DNA of 64,000 nt from Calditrichia bacterium (GCA_050633245.1 JBOEGD010000031.1:1-64000); one strand, 5' to 3'; counted from the stretch's first letter, positions 48,188 to 58,885 are shown. The notes: generated by a model not told the origin, from the sequence alone. Numbers and translations are program-made.

Positions 48188-48538
48188 ATGCGGCACAACT
48201 TCAAGAAGTTACAAGTTTGGCATCGCTCATGCGATCTTGCAGAAGCTTTGTATATCTTGGCTAAAAAACTACCGGACACAGAGCGATATGGTCTTCGCAG
48301 TCAAATTCAGAGAGCAGCAATATCCGTTCCATCAAACATTGCAGAAGGTTGTGGTCGAGAAAGCAACAAAGAGCTACAACATTATCTGAATACATCTAAT
48401 GGCTCTCTTTGCGAACTGGAAACTCAGTTATTGCTCTCAATTCGTTTGGAATTTTTCAAGCAGTCAGAAACCGAAGCCTTAATTAACCAGATATTAGAAG
48501 TTCGAAAAATGATTTATGCACTTATTAAACAGCTCTAA
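48188..48538 (+). CDS. Four-helix-bundle protein (23S rRNA IVS protein / Avd-like family)
   Basis: FKKLQVW, P..ERYGL.SQI.RAA.SVPSNIAEG.GR, GSL.ELETQL. Confidence 0.94.
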   Translation: MRHNFKKLQVWHRSCDLAEALYILAKKLPDTERYGLRSQIQRAAISVPSNIAEGCGRESNKELQHYLNTSNGSLCELETQLLLSIRLEFFKQSETEALINQILEVRKMIYALIKQL

Positions 48539-48545
48539 CTAAACG

Positions 48546-48585
48546 GTTCTGTGTTCTGTGTTCTGTGCTCTGTGTTCTGTGCTCT
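48546..48585. repeat. Heptamer array (GYTCTGT)x5+, complementary to the array at 48036
   Basis: Reverse complement ACAGAAC matches TCAGAAC at 6 of 7 positions. Confidence 0.95.
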
Positions 48586-48589
48586 ACCT

Positions 48590-49918
48590 CTACCGTGGGT
48601 CTTTGTTCTTCGGCTTAAACACCAGCGTAACTGGAACACCAATAAAGTCCCAGTGCGCGCGGATTTGCTTTTCCAAAAAGCGGCGATAGTTTTCAGGGAT
48701 TAATTCGGGATGATTACCAAAAAAGCCGAATACCGGCGGTGCAGCGTTTAGCTGAGTAATATAGTTCAGCTTTACTTCTTTGCCCTTTGATGCCGGTGGA
48801 CTGATTTGCTTGATGATCGGCAAGAGAATCTTATTGAGTTGGCTTGTTTTGATTTCTGTCTTATGTCTTTCATACGCTTCTGTAGCAAGATCCATCAGTT
48901 TATATAGACGCTGCTTTTCCAGAACGGAAGTAAACATGATTGGAATAAATGAGAAGGTACCGAGTTTTTCGCGAATCTCATTTTGGCGTACGTGATAGGT
49001 GCGCTCATCCTTCTCTTCTATCATATCCCACTTGTTTGCCGCCACGACAATCGGTTTACGTGCAGCAACCGCCTCGGTAATAATGCGCATGTCCTGCCGG
49101 GTAACGCCTTCCACCGCATCCAGAAAGTAAATTACAACATCACTACGTTCAATGCTGCGCATCGTGCGAAGCTGGCTATAGAACAGTACATTTTCCTTCA
49201 CCTTAGCGCGTCGCTTAAGTCCGGCGGTATCAATAATAATATAGTCGCGCTTTTGGTATTTGAAAGGACTGTCGATAGGATCACGAGTTGTACCAGGCAC
49301 ATCTGTAACAATAACGCGGTCTCTTCCGAGAATCGTATTAACGAACGACGATTTCCCAACATTTTCCTTGCCGATAACAGCAAGCTTAATTATGCCATCG
49401 TCTTCATCCTCCGGAGGAGGCGTGTCGATATGCTCTGTGAGCACATCCAGCATATCGCCAATACCGCGGCTCTGCATAGCGGAAACAAATAGCGGGTCGC
49501 CCAATCCAAGATTATAGAACTGGTATCCTTCGCTTTCGTCCTTCTCATTATCCACCTTGTTTACCAGTAGCAATACCGGTATATCGGAACGCTGCAGCTT
49601 AGCGGCAATTTCTTCATCGATAACAGTAATTCCGGTCGTTTGATCGACCATAAACAAAATAATATCTGCTTCTTCGATAGCAATTTCGACCTGCTCGCGA
49701 ATTGCAATATCAAAGAATTCCTGGGACGACGGCATATAGCCACCAGTATCGACCAGCATAAAGCTTTTACCATTCCAATCGCTCTGTGCATAATGGCGAT
49801 CACGCGTAACGCCAGGCTGATCGTGTACAATCGCGTCGCGACGCTTGAGGACTCTATTAAAAAAGGTAGATTTACCGACGTTCGGTCTACCCACTATGGT
49901 GACTAAGGGCTGCTTCAT
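48590..49918 (-). CDS. der: Ribosome biogenesis GTPase Der (EngA)
   Basis: Tandem G domains GRPNVGKS/DTGG/NKVD and GKENVGKS/DTAG/NKWD; KH-like C-domain. Confidence 0.98.
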   Translation of the reverse strand: MKQPLVTIVGRPNVGKSTFFNRVLKRRDAIVHDQPGVTRDRHYAQSDWNGKSFMLVDTGGYMPSSQEFFDIAIREQVEIAIEEADIILFMVDQTTGITVIDEEIAAKLQRSDIPVLLLVNKVDNEKDESEGYQFYNLGLGDPLFVSAMQSRGIGDMLDVLTEHIDTPPPEDEDDGIIKLAVIGKENVGKSSFVNTILGRDRVIVTDVPGTTRDPIDSPFKYQKRDYIIIDTAGLKRRAKVKENVLFYSQLRTMRSIERSDVVIYFLDAVEGVTRQDMRIITEAVAARKPIVVAANKWDMIEEKDERTYHVRQNEIREKLGTFSFIPIMFTSVLEKQRLYKLMDLATEAYERHKTEIKTSQLNKILLPIIKQISPPASKGKEVKLNYITQLNAAPPVFGFFGNHPELIPENYRRFLEKQIRAHWDFIGVPVTLVFKPKNKDPR

Positions 49919-51203
49919 GCTCTCCGATCAGGTCAAAAAGTGATGTAAAACTGCGAGGGAATACAATAATGCGCTTGTCAAGCTTTTCCTGTAGCTGTGG
50001 CAGTGTCCAATCGTCCAGAAACACGCCGTCGTCATTCACACAATCCGGCGGCAGAACAATATAGTCTCCGGTGCGCTCTTCCTTGAGGGTATTGTAGATA
50101 TCTTCACCGACCAGCAGTCCGGAAACCACAATGCTGGGCCCATAAAATTTATTGATGACAGGATGGAGCTTGAAGAACATGTTGGGCAATCGATTTAAAT
50201 CTCGCATAAAATATCGCTTCAGCACATCAGATCCGAGTGTTCCGGTCACAAGGCTAATATTAAGGTCACGTCCGGACGGGTTTTTCAGCTCATCATATTC
50301 ATCTTCGAAGCGCATCATTAAATCGCGGGTAAGGCCGACCCCGTTTTCAATTTGATAAAAACTTTCATAATACTCATTATCCGGCACTTCCTGCCCGGTC
50401 TTGATATAGAACTCATCCGACAAATAGACAAACGAACTGCCAAGCTCTTCTTTAAGATCTTTTCGTCGCTCATCTATTTCAGCGATAGTCTTTAAACTAT
50501 ACTCATGCGTTACCGGCTTTAGATCGTATAGATTTTTCCGGTGCTGTGTCAAGCCCACCGGAACAATGGCCACTGATTGAATCATTGGGAAATAGGCTTT
50601 TAGATCATCTATGGTCTTCTCAAGATGGACACCGTCATTCAATCCGGGACAAAGAACAATCTGGCAGTTCAATTCAATACCGTTACTGGTAAGGAAATCG
50701 ACTTTTTCGAACAGATTATCATTAAAGCGAATACCGAGCATGGTTTTGCGAATTTCCGGTTCGGTTACGTGCACAGAAATATAGAGGGGCGTCAGGCGCT
50801 GTTCCACAATGCGATCGAGGTCTTCCTGAGTCGCGTTTGTAAGCGTGGTATAATGGCCATAAAGAAAAGAGAAGCGATAATCTTCATCCTTGAAATAAAG
50901 ACTCTTGCGCATGCCTTTCGGATTTTGAAAGACAAAGCAAAAAATGCAGGCATTTCCGCAGGAGCGCAGCTCCAGATCTTCCAATCCAATTCCGAGATCA
51001 TCATCAAAGTCTTTTTCGATCTCAAAAGTGACCTTATCGCCACCCTGATCGATCACTAAATCGATCTCTTCGCTTGTTATAAAGAAGCGATAATCCAGCG
51101 CATCAGTAATTGGTTTTCCGTTTACGGAGACCAGCTTATCACCGGCCTCAATACCCAGTTCTTCCGCAATACTTTCCGGATGTATTTCTCTAATTTCTAC
51201 CAT
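49887..51203 (-). CDS. DUF512 radical-SAM-like protein with N-terminal PDZ domain
   Basis: SIAEELGIEAGD, CGNACIFC, R.SLYFKDEDYR.SF, ENGVG, VSGLL. Confidence 0.92.
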   Translation of the reverse strand: MVEIREIHPESIAEELGIEAGDKLVSVNGKPITDALDYRFFITSEEIDLVIDQGGDKVTFEIEKDFDDDLGIGLEDLELRSCGNACIFCFVFQNPKGMRKSLYFKDEDYRFSFLYGHYTTLTNATQEDLDRIVEQRLTPLYISVHVTEPEIRKTMLGIRFNDNLFEKVDFLTSNGIELNCQIVLCPGLNDGVHLEKTIDDLKAYFPMIQSVAIVPVGLTQHRKNLYDLKPVTHEYSLKTIAEIDERRKDLKEELGSSFVYLSDEFYIKTGQEVPDNEYYESFYQIENGVGLTRDLMMRFEDEYDELKNPSGRDLNISLVTGTLGSDVLKRYFMRDLNRLPNMFFKLHPVINKFYGPSIVVSGLLVGEDIYNTLKEERTGDYIVLPPDCVNDDGVFLDDWTLPQLQEKLDKRIIVFPRSFTSLFDLIGEHEAALSHHSG

Positions 51204-51628
51204 AATATTCTATCCCACAGCATTTACATTCATTGCAACACCAAACTTACGCAAAAAGATGATCGAAGAAAAGTTATTTTGAAGACAGATATATCGCTCA
51301 TTGCATTCGCTAATGGGGCGAAATTTCGCTGCTTTTTGGTCGCTCATTGCATCGCTGGTAGTAACTATCTCCTACCAGTCCCGAGAATCAGGACGACCTA
51401 CCTACTACAAGCGGCAAAGCCGCGTTCTCCCCCCCCTAAAAGCGCAGGCCGAAGGCCAAGCTACCTTCACTCTTACCCCCGATTCTATTCCCACTTGCGA
51501 CTTTTCAAGAATTTTCCTATCTTCTGCTACAGCAATACTTTGTGCACGGTTTCTTGGGATGGATAGACAGTTTTAGGGGAATAAAGACTATTGCCAAACG
51601 AGACCAGGTGACTGACTAAGGAGTCGAC

Positions 51629-53752
51629 ATGAAGGTTTTTGTAAATACAACGTCAAGGGATCTGGCGCCCTATAAGTCCGCCTTAAAAGAACTGCTTGTA
51701 GAGCTGGAACATGACGTCACTTTTCTCGATGACATTTCCGCCGACGACATTCCTTCGCAAGACGTCTGCAAAAAAGCCATCCAACAAAATGATGTTTTTA
51801 TCGGAGTCTATGCCAACCTCTATGGAAACATGCGACGAGGTGAAGAGACATCCGTCGTCGAACAGCTTCATAGAATGGCGGAGAGCCATGGCAAAGATAT
51901 CCTTTGTTATCTACTAAAAGACAAAGCCTCCTGGCCGGACAAGTTTCAGGAAGACGATTTCATTAAACGCTCTCGCCTTGAAGCATTTCAATCCTATCTT
52001 TCTAAGAATAAAAAAACCGCTCGATTTTCGAAGCCCGAAGACATCGTCTTTGATATCACTCCGCATTTAAAGAAACTCAGTCTTGTTTACGATCGCCAAA
52101 AGCATCTCTATAACTGGTCGAGTAAGCTACCGGCAAACAAAAAGCTATCTGCCATAAAAGCACTTGCCGAGCGACATGGTAAAGGGAATATGCCAACTGC
52201 CACTTTCCAATCCGCCTCTGCGCTGCTCGCCACTGATTTTATGAGCGAGTCACCTCTTCCAGCTGCACTCGCAGATGATCTGGAGAGTCTGCTTAAAGGT
52301 GACATAAAGGCGAACGGTGTTACCGCCAGCAGCAAAACAGGCTATGGCTTTTGGGGTTCCCTTCAAACTTTTTTCAAACCGGTTCTGGCGGCAGCAGTAC
52401 TAGCCGCTTTGGCAATGGGCTATTTTATTGGTACGAAGATGACACCTCCTGCTGTAAAGGATGTGCCTATTCAAATGTCCGACGAACAGGCTTCGCAGTG
52501 GTTTCTTACATCACGAGTGGAACCAAATCTTACTGCGGGAACGTTTGAGGAAAGCAGTGCCAGAAAGGCACTTACCGGCTTACGCCTCGCGCAGAGCCTG
52601 CCCGATCAACGGCCGGTTACCCGCTATCTGGACAAGCTACTCGCCGAAATTCGTAGCAGCAATGCCGGAGCGGCAGACGTATCGGCTTTGGAAAACAACA
52701 AAAAGCTGATGCAGGTGCTGTGTGACTCGCTTAGCCTAACGGCCTTTTGCGGCGAACTAACTACCCTAGATGAACAAATCAGCGGCTTTGCAACTCGTAG
52801 CGAATCGACACAGCAAATGCAGGCCATCACTGCCCGTGCCGAGAACCGCGAACTCATGGAAACGGAACGCATTGCAGCATACAACGAGCTGCTGACCACC
52901 TTTCCCGACGATATTGATAAAGCAAAAGTTAATGCACAAATAGACTGGCTTAAAACTGCTCTAAAAAAACGCGAAGAGACGGAGGCCAATCAAGCCGCTG
53001 AAACCGCGCGCCTGGAACAGGTTAAGGCAGACAGCATTAAAGCTGCAGCAAGTGCAGAGGCAACCACGCCAGAGATTTCAGAAACACCTGTTGCCCAAAC
53101 AGAAGAACCAGCCGTTGCAGCGGTCACAACGGATGAACCGCTTGAGGTAGAGGAGGAAGCTCCTGCTCCACGCGATGTTCCGGACAATCCGGCAGTTAAG
53201 GCTCTAATTGCTCAGGTAGGCAGCGACACGCTTCTAATTAATGACGCGCTCACTGCTTGGCAAAACCTTGCCGCTACGGCAACGGGGCCCGCTAAGACTT
53301 ATGCCGTGGACGAGGTTGCTTTGCTAAGAGACATGTTGAAGAAGGCCGCCAACATCAAAAAAGATGATGACTTCTTTCTCAGTCGAGAATTCGATTTGGA
53401 GACCAAAGAAGGTTCCGGTATTGGCGACCGCTTTAATACCGGTAAGATTTGGATGTTCGCACGTATCTTCTCACCACGCGAAGAGACCGTCACCGCACAG
53501 TGGATTTCGCGTGGACGCGTCTATCACACCAGCAAAGCAAACATTAAAGTGAGCTATGGCTATCGCGTATTTTTTTCCAGAATTTTTTATGAGGGGAATA
53601 TTGGCCCAAATGAAATTCGTTTGTTCAACGAAGACGGCTACTTAATAGCGCGGGAAACCTTTGATATCGTTACGGAACCCATTATTTACCCTTCCGATTC
53701 TACCGAAGCGCCGGCAGCCGTTGTCCCCGACAGTACAGGAAATGGCTTCTAG
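51629..53752 (+). CDS. DUF4062 (TIR-like) - TM - helical stalk - DUF2914-like membrane protein
   Basis: MKVFV.TT..DL...DVC..AI...DVFIG....YG N-domain; single TM; acidic Pro/Ala linker; F.RI.SP....V...W...G...YRVF...G...L C-domain. Confidence 0.75.
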   Translation: MKVFVNTTSRDLAPYKSALKELLVELEHDVTFLDDISADDIPSQDVCKKAIQQNDVFIGVYANLYGNMRRGEETSVVEQLHRMAESHGKDILCYLLKDKASWPDKFQEDDFIKRSRLEAFQSYLSKNKKTARFSKPEDIVFDITPHLKKLSLVYDRQKHLYNWSSKLPANKKLSAIKALAERHGKGNMPTATFQSASALLATDFMSESPLPAALADDLESLLKGDIKANGVTASSKTGYGFWGSLQTFFKPVLAAAVLAALAMGYFIGTKMTPPAVKDVPIQMSDEQASQWFLTSRVEPNLTAGTFEESSARKALTGLRLAQSLPDQRPVTRYLDKLLAEIRSSNAGAADVSALENNKKLMQVLCDSLSLTAFCGELTTLDEQISGFATRSESTQQMQAITARAENRELMETERIAAYNELLTTFPDDIDKAKVNAQIDWLKTALKKREETEANQAAETARLEQVKADSIKAAASAEATTPEISETPVAQTEEPAVAAVTTDEPLEVEEEAPAPRDVPDNPAVKALIAQVGSDTLLINDALTAWQNLAATATGPAKTYAVDEVALLRDMLKKAANIKKDDDFFLSREFDLETKEGSGIGDRFNTGKIWMFARIFSPREETVTAQWISRGRVYHTSKANIKVSYGYRVFFSRIFYEGNIGPNEIRLFNEDGYLIARETFDIVTEPIIYPSDSTEAPAAVVPDSTGNGF

Positions 53753-53982
53753 CGAGAAAACAACAAGTAAAGCACGTAGCTAACGGCCGTTACTTTTGGC
53801 ACAATAAACGCACCAAAGATAGTGCCTATTACCGCTCCCCGACGTATCCTGCGTGAGACGGGGTGTGCGAGATCAGCGAGATCCATAATCATCTTACGTC
53901 CATAATACCCCCCAACCAATGCCCCCAACGTAGCGCCAACAAAAACTGCTATAAACGTTAACTGTAACAAGTCTGAAGACAT
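53749..53982 (-). CDS. Small 2-TM membrane protein
   Basis: Gly-rich hydrophobic segments; start uncertain. Confidence 0.55.
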   Translation of the reverse strand: MSSDLLQLTFIAVFVGATLGALVGGYYGRKMIMDLADLAHPVSRRIRRGAVIGTIFGAFIVPKVTAVSYVLYLLFSR

Positions 53983-54178
53983 AGTTGTTGGCCCCATGAC
54001 GCACCCTGTAGGTTTGATTGATAATATTAAAACTAGACTTCTTTCAATTAATGTCAATATCAAAAAAAATCGCCGGTCTCAAATAAAGCCTTCCTTGCGG
54101 GTAATAGCATGAACAGCGTATATTGTATCGTCTTTTACAACATCAATAAATCATTTATCCGATATTTCCGGACATTCT

Positions 54179-55849
54179 ATGAAAACCCTTCTCAGTATTC
54201 TAATTGCTACGCTGATTGTAACCAGTGGACTTTTCGCTGAAGAATCTGCCGATACTCAACGACTCACGATATTTTTCACCAATGACATCCATGGTGGAAT
54301 CGTTCCACAGCGTGCCGAGTTCCTTAATCCAGATTTTCCTCCGACGTTGGGAGGCGGTCCTGCAGTAGCAACTATCCTGAAGGGCGCACGTGCCAAAGCA
54401 GCACAAGAAAATGCTATCACTCTGATGATCGATGGCGGAGATACGTATCAGGGAACATTGGTTGGAACAGAATCCAAGGGAATGGCAGTTGTAGAATATA
54501 TGAATATGATCGGCTACGATGCGTCCGTGCCGGGCAATCATGAATTTGATCTGGGAAAAGATGTATTTATTGAAATGGTTAAAGCTTCCAAATTTTCATG
54601 GATTGCCGCGAATATCTACAATAGTGAAACCGGTGAACGCTGGGAGTGGGTAGAGCCGTGGACAATACTGGAAAAAGGCGGCATGCGCATTGGAATTACC
54701 GGCGTTGCAACAACCGGAACAGCTGCCATGAGTTTTGCCAAGAACATTGAAGGCCTGGAATTCCGAAATGAAATTCTGGCACTGGAAGAAACCGTTGCCG
54801 AGCTACGCAAACAGAATGTAGATCTGGTGATTTCGATTGGGCACGTAGCGCTTCCTTTCGATCCACGAGAAGGCTATGAAGAACTAAAACAACAGACCTA
54901 CGAGAAGGTCACCCAAAGCCGTTTCGTCAACTCTATGGAGATCGCCCACTTTGTTGAGGGAATAGATATCCTGCTTGGCGGCCACCTACACAAGGGTTAT
55001 GAACAAGTTTGGGAAGATCCAAAGAACCATACTATCTGCCTGCAAAATTATGCCAATGGCGGAAACCTGGGTTGGATAGATTTCGAGATAGACCGCCCTA
55101 CGCGAAGTATTGCCGGATACAATTATGTTGCGGACAACAACTCTCTCCTTTTGCTTCAGCAGGAACAGTTCTGGCCAGACAGCACCATGCAGGCATTTGT
55201 AGACAAAAAAATCGATCAGTATGAAAAAGATTTTCGCGACGTAATCGGATTGACAAAAGGTGGTTTAACTCGATCCAGCACCGGTGAAGGCGTAATGAAC
55301 AACTTGGTATGCGATGCGATGCTGGCGTCAGTGGAAGGCAGCGATTTCAGCTTTATGAACTTCGGCGGCATCCGCGCTGAAATACAGGCAGGACCGATAA
55401 CCAAAGAGAATGTCTTCCGCGTTATGCCATTTGATAATGAGATCACCTCTTTTCAAGCAAATGGCGCCTATATCAAAATGTTGCTTGAGCGCAAGCTCAA
55501 TGGGAGTGGCCGCGGAATGGTCACCGGAGGTGCGAAGATCGTTTTCAATCGCAATTTGCCAAATGGCGAACGCGTTACCAGCATTACCGTAAATGGTGAA
55601 GAGCTGGATGCTAAAAAGATGTATACGCTGGTAACGACAGATTATTTAATGGGAGGCAACTCTGGCCTCACCATGCTTCGTGCGATACCACGAGCACGTG
55701 TGAATTTTACCGGCAAGTTGCTGCGTAATTCTATAGAAGAATATATTCGCGCCAACACCCCGCTGGATTTGCAGACCGACGGCCGTTGGAAAAAAGATGA
55801 CGGTGCAAAACCGACAGACGAATGGAAAGCGAAGTTTGAGAAGAAGTAA
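54179..55849 (+). CDS. Bifunctional 5'-nucleotidase/UDP-sugar hydrolase family protein
   Basis: TNDIHG, DGGD, GNHEFD, GGHLH, NFGGIR, MPFDN; signal peptide. Confidence 0.94.
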   Translation: MKTLLSILIATLIVTSGLFAEESADTQRLTIFFTNDIHGGIVPQRAEFLNPDFPPTLGGGPAVATILKGARAKAAQENAITLMIDGGDTYQGTLVGTESKGMAVVEYMNMIGYDASVPGNHEFDLGKDVFIEMVKASKFSWIAANIYNSETGERWEWVEPWTILEKGGMRIGITGVATTGTAAMSFAKNIEGLEFRNEILALEETVAELRKQNVDLVISIGHVALPFDPREGYEELKQQTYEKVTQSRFVNSMEIAHFVEGIDILLGGHLHKGYEQVWEDPKNHTICLQNYANGGNLGWIDFEIDRPTRSIAGYNYVADNNSLLLLQQEQFWPDSTMQAFVDKKIDQYEKDFRDVIGLTKGGLTRSSTGEGVMNNLVCDAMLASVEGSDFSFMNFGGIRAEIQAGPITKENVFRVMPFDNEITSFQANGAYIKMLLERKLNGSGRGMVTGGAKIVFNRNLPNGERVTSITVNGEELDAKKMYTLVTTDYLMGGNSGLTMLRAIPRARVNFTGKLLRNSIEEYIRANTPLDLQTDGRWKKDDGAKPTDEWKAKFEKK

Positions 55850-55861
55850 CTAGGAATATTT

Positions 55862-57049
55862 CTAACTTTGTAGCGCTTTTACTTTAGAAATAAAACTTCC
55901 TAAAGTACTTAGGTCATTATGATATTCTTTGGGATATGATTTCAAATATGCTCTTGGAACAACTAACCGTACGCCACTGGAATACATCTCTCTTAATTGG
56001 TATCTTGATATACCTTGTTGAAGGGTAAACAGATATTTCGTTTGAAGTTTATCTGCCTCATTTAATATCTGCCGCCAACGATCTTTACAGGTTGTCTTGG
56101 AAGCAAGAAAAACTAGTTTAGATTTATTAAAATTCGGATTGTGATAAGCTTCAGCATTGGGAAATAAAAAGTCCGGATTCTTTTTGCCTTCTGTTACTGC
56201 TTGAGCCTCGAAGCGTAGGCTATTGATCTTAAACATTGCTGCCAAGTGATGTTCAAGCGATTTGCCGGCTCTACTCTTTCGTCTGTTTAAAATAGAGTTA
56301 GATACTTTTACCAAAATATCGACAGACCCCAGCGGTTTCTTAACTAAGTGTTCGTAACGTTGATTCTCAATTGTTTTAAATAATCGATATTCCGATTTAA
56401 GCCAGCCTAAAATATACTTGTCTGAATCACCTCGAACTTGAGCGTCACTAATCCTATGTACTTGCCTGTAGCACTCACGAGCTTTTTGCGCGAGATCCAG
56501 AGTAGGAGGAAAATCAACTTGTAAACCATCGATATAGGACAGAAAACACTCATTCAGTTTATCCTCATATCCAGCTTTCCCTTTTAAAGGCACTAAAACA
56601 TTATTATCAGTGACAGATAAATTTAATGACGAATAGATGGTTTCTATGCTTTCTTCCTTCGAGAAAACAAACGCTCGATAATTAGTATTGCTATTTTGTA
56701 TAATTACCAGAAGTGCACCAACATATTCATCCGCGAAAAAAGGGAAACCTTTGCCAAACCTTGTTAAGCGATATTCATTTCTTGTCTTCTTTCCATAATA
56801 AACAAAACGACTTTCCGTGTTGAATGAGTGCTGCCAAAGTATTTTGACAAACTTCTCTTTATTTCCTCCTTTTAACCCAGGCGCATCAAATGCCAGCTGA
56901 AAGGCGTCTTTGGGAATATAGAAGCCCGCCTGATGTCCTCCGGTCTTTCCCGCATCGTTCGCTGATATAAACTTACAAAATGCTTTTTCACCATATTTGA
57001 AGGCATCTATAGCAATGTCAACTAAGTCTATCTCATCTATTGTATTCAT
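55862..57049 (-). CDS. EcoRII-like type II restriction endonuclease
   Basis: K.ISANDAG.TGGHQAG effector domain, EYRLTRFG, NRRKSRAGKSLE.HL, PDFLFP, KTTCKDRWRQIL.EAD. Confidence 0.93.
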   Translation of the reverse strand: MNTIDEIDLVDIAIDAFKYGEKAFCKFISANDAGKTGGHQAGFYIPKDAFQLAFDAPGLKGGNKEKFVKILWQHSFNTESRFVYYGKKTRNEYRLTRFGKGFPFFADEYVGALLVIIQNSNTNYRAFVFSKEESIETIYSSLNLSVTDNNVLVPLKGKAGYEDKLNECFLSYIDGLQVDFPPTLDLAQKARECYRQVHRISDAQVRGDSDKYILGWLKSEYRLFKTIENQRYEHLVKKPLGSVDILVKVSNSILNRRKSRAGKSLEHHLAAMFKINSLRFEAQAVTEGKKNPDFLFPNAEAYHNPNFNKSKLVFLASKTTCKDRWRQILNEADKLQTKYLFTLQQGISRYQLREMYSSGVRLVVPRAYLKSYPKEYHNDLSTLGSFISKVKALQS

Positions 57050-57050
57050 T

Positions 57051-58286
57051 TTATTTTAGCCTAACGGCCTTGTTAATTGCCAGTTTGGAGCTTGTATTGA
57101 TTGCTTTAACTACCTCTTTTCCTATAGACTTCACTAAAGGCATCACAACTGAATTGCCAAATTGTCTATAAGCTTGATTATCTGAAACCGGGATTACAAA
57201 CTTGTCTGGATACCCTTGCAAACGCGCGCATTCCCGAGGAGTTAAGCGGCGTGGGTTTTTCCCTTCTTGGGGTATCAGAATTTCAGCACCATCCTTATAA
57301 TATCTTGCACTCATTGTTCTAGAGACACCATCAAGATTAACCAGCCCAAATCCAAATCCATTTCCTCTAGCCTTATGCTTTTTCGCATAAGCCTGTAGGT
57401 AGTTCCACAACTTATCTGAAAGAGTATATTTAGAATCAACATCAGCTTCCAATATGTCTCGGACAGCCAACTTTACTGGTGGTAATGACGGGAAATTAAA
57501 GACTTCTTCGCCACTAAATATATTTTCATCAAATCCAACAATAAAAATCCGTTCCCGATGTTGCGGAACGAAGTGTTTTCCGTCTAGAACCTTCGAATGA
57601 ATAGAATATCCGAGCTCATTTAAAGTTCGAAGAATCACCTTAAAAGTATTTCCTTTATCATGAGACACTAAATTTTTCACATTCTCCAACACAAACGCCA
57701 TGGGGCGCTTCGCTTCTAAAATTCGAGCAATATCGAAAAACAAGGTTCCTTGGGTTTCATCTTTAAAACCATGTTCTTTTCCTAAACTCTTCTTTTTGCT
57801 TACTCCTGCAATAGAGAACGGTTGACAAGGAAAACCTCCTAACAAAATATCATGGTCAGGAATTAATTTTTCATCTATACGAGTGATATCACCGAAAGGT
57901 ATTTCGCCGTAATTAGCCTCGTAAGTAACTTGAGAGAATTTATCCCACTCCGAAGTAAAAACACATTTCCCGCCATTTTCTTGAAAAGCTATCCTGAAGC
58001 CACCAATACCGGCAAAAAGGTCGATAAATTTAAAAGTTGCCTTTTTTATCGGTGGAAAAGGAACATCATAATCTATTTGAAGCCGATATTGAAGCAATGG
58101 TTCATGTAGCAAGTCAACTCTTTCAAGGTATTCCAATGCCTGTTTCTTATAAAATTTATCAGGGTTTGAGTTTCGGCTTTGTAGAAGATGTGTTAACGCT
58201 GCAAGTCCATCATCAACAACTGGTCTCCTTGAATGCAAGTCGAGGCTTTCACGAATTATCGAGTATTTAAGTATTTTGTTTTTCAT
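57051..58286 (-). CDS. dcm: DNA (cytosine-5)-methyltransferase, Dcm/M.EcoRII-like
   Basis: [57 protein letters not shown]. Confidence 0.95.
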   Translation of the reverse strand: MKNKILKYSIIRESLDLHSRRPVVDDGLAALTHLLQSRNSNPDKFYKKQALEYLERVDLLHEPLLQYRLQIDYDVPFPPIKKATFKFIDLFAGIGGFRIAFQENGGKCVFTSEWDKFSQVTYEANYGEIPFGDITRIDEKLIPDHDILLGGFPCQPFSIAGVSKKKSLGKEHGFKDETQGTLFFDIARILEAKRPMAFVLENVKNLVSHDKGNTFKVILRTLNELGYSIHSKVLDGKHFVPQHRERIFIVGFDENIFSGEEVFNFPSLPPVKLAVRDILEADVDSKYTLSDKLWNYLQAYAKKHKARGNGFGFGLVNLDGVSRTMSARYYKDGAEILIPQEGKNPRRLTPRECARLQGYPDKFVIPVSDNQAYRQFGNSVVMPLVKSIGKEVVKAINTSSKLAINKAVRLK

Positions 58287-58707
58287 TTTCAGCTATTCGT
58301 CTTCCTATTGTTGATTCAACTACTGAGACACAATAGTTTGTACGTTGTTTTATATCATCTCCCCAGAATCGAATTACAATCCAGCCTTCCTTTTGAAGCT
58401 TCTGATTTACAAGTAGATCGCGTTTAATATTTGATTCTATTTTTGAATACCAAAACTTCCTATTGGATTTTATTTTCTTTTTTGCAGTTTCCCAATCTTT
58501 GCCATGAAAAAACTCGCTATCACAAAATATCGCTATCATATATTTTTTTATCGTGAAATCTGGTTTCCCAAACACTTTCTTGCTATGCTTGCGATAGCGA
58601 ATGCCCCTGCCCCACATTGCTTTGCCAAGAATTTTCTCAATCCTTGAGCCTTTACTTTTAATCGCTCGCATATTCTTTTGGCGTTGCGCCTTTGTTAGAA
58701 CATCCAA
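58267..58707 (-). CDS. vsr: Very short patch repair endonuclease
   Basis: [34 protein letters not shown]; probable TTG start. Confidence 0.93.
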   Translation of the reverse strand: MDVLTKAQRQKNMRAIKSKGSRIEKILGKAMWGRGIRYRKHSKKVFGKPDFTIKKYMIAIFCDSEFFHGKDWETAKKKIKSNRKFWYSKIESNIKRDLLVNQKLQKEGWIVIRFWGDDIKQRTNYCVSVVESTIGRRIAENEKQNT

Positions 58708-58885
58708 AATAACACTCACTGTAATATTAGAAATTTCTTGCCATATTTGGGACAATTTCAAAAAATCTCAACATAAAATGCTTTAGAATATATATTTTTA
58801 TTTTTACAAAGCACGTATTTCAAGAAGAAAAGATGTGCAAGACAATCTACGAATATCAGGCAAAGTTTACTTATTCAAATTCAAA

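Noticed and set aside
9309-48538. Complete diversity-generating retroelement (Avd-like gene plus DUF1566 target)
   Set aside because: No reverse transcriptase or template repeat was seen. The two genes are about 38 kb apart, and the four-helix protein looks like the generic IVS-type family.
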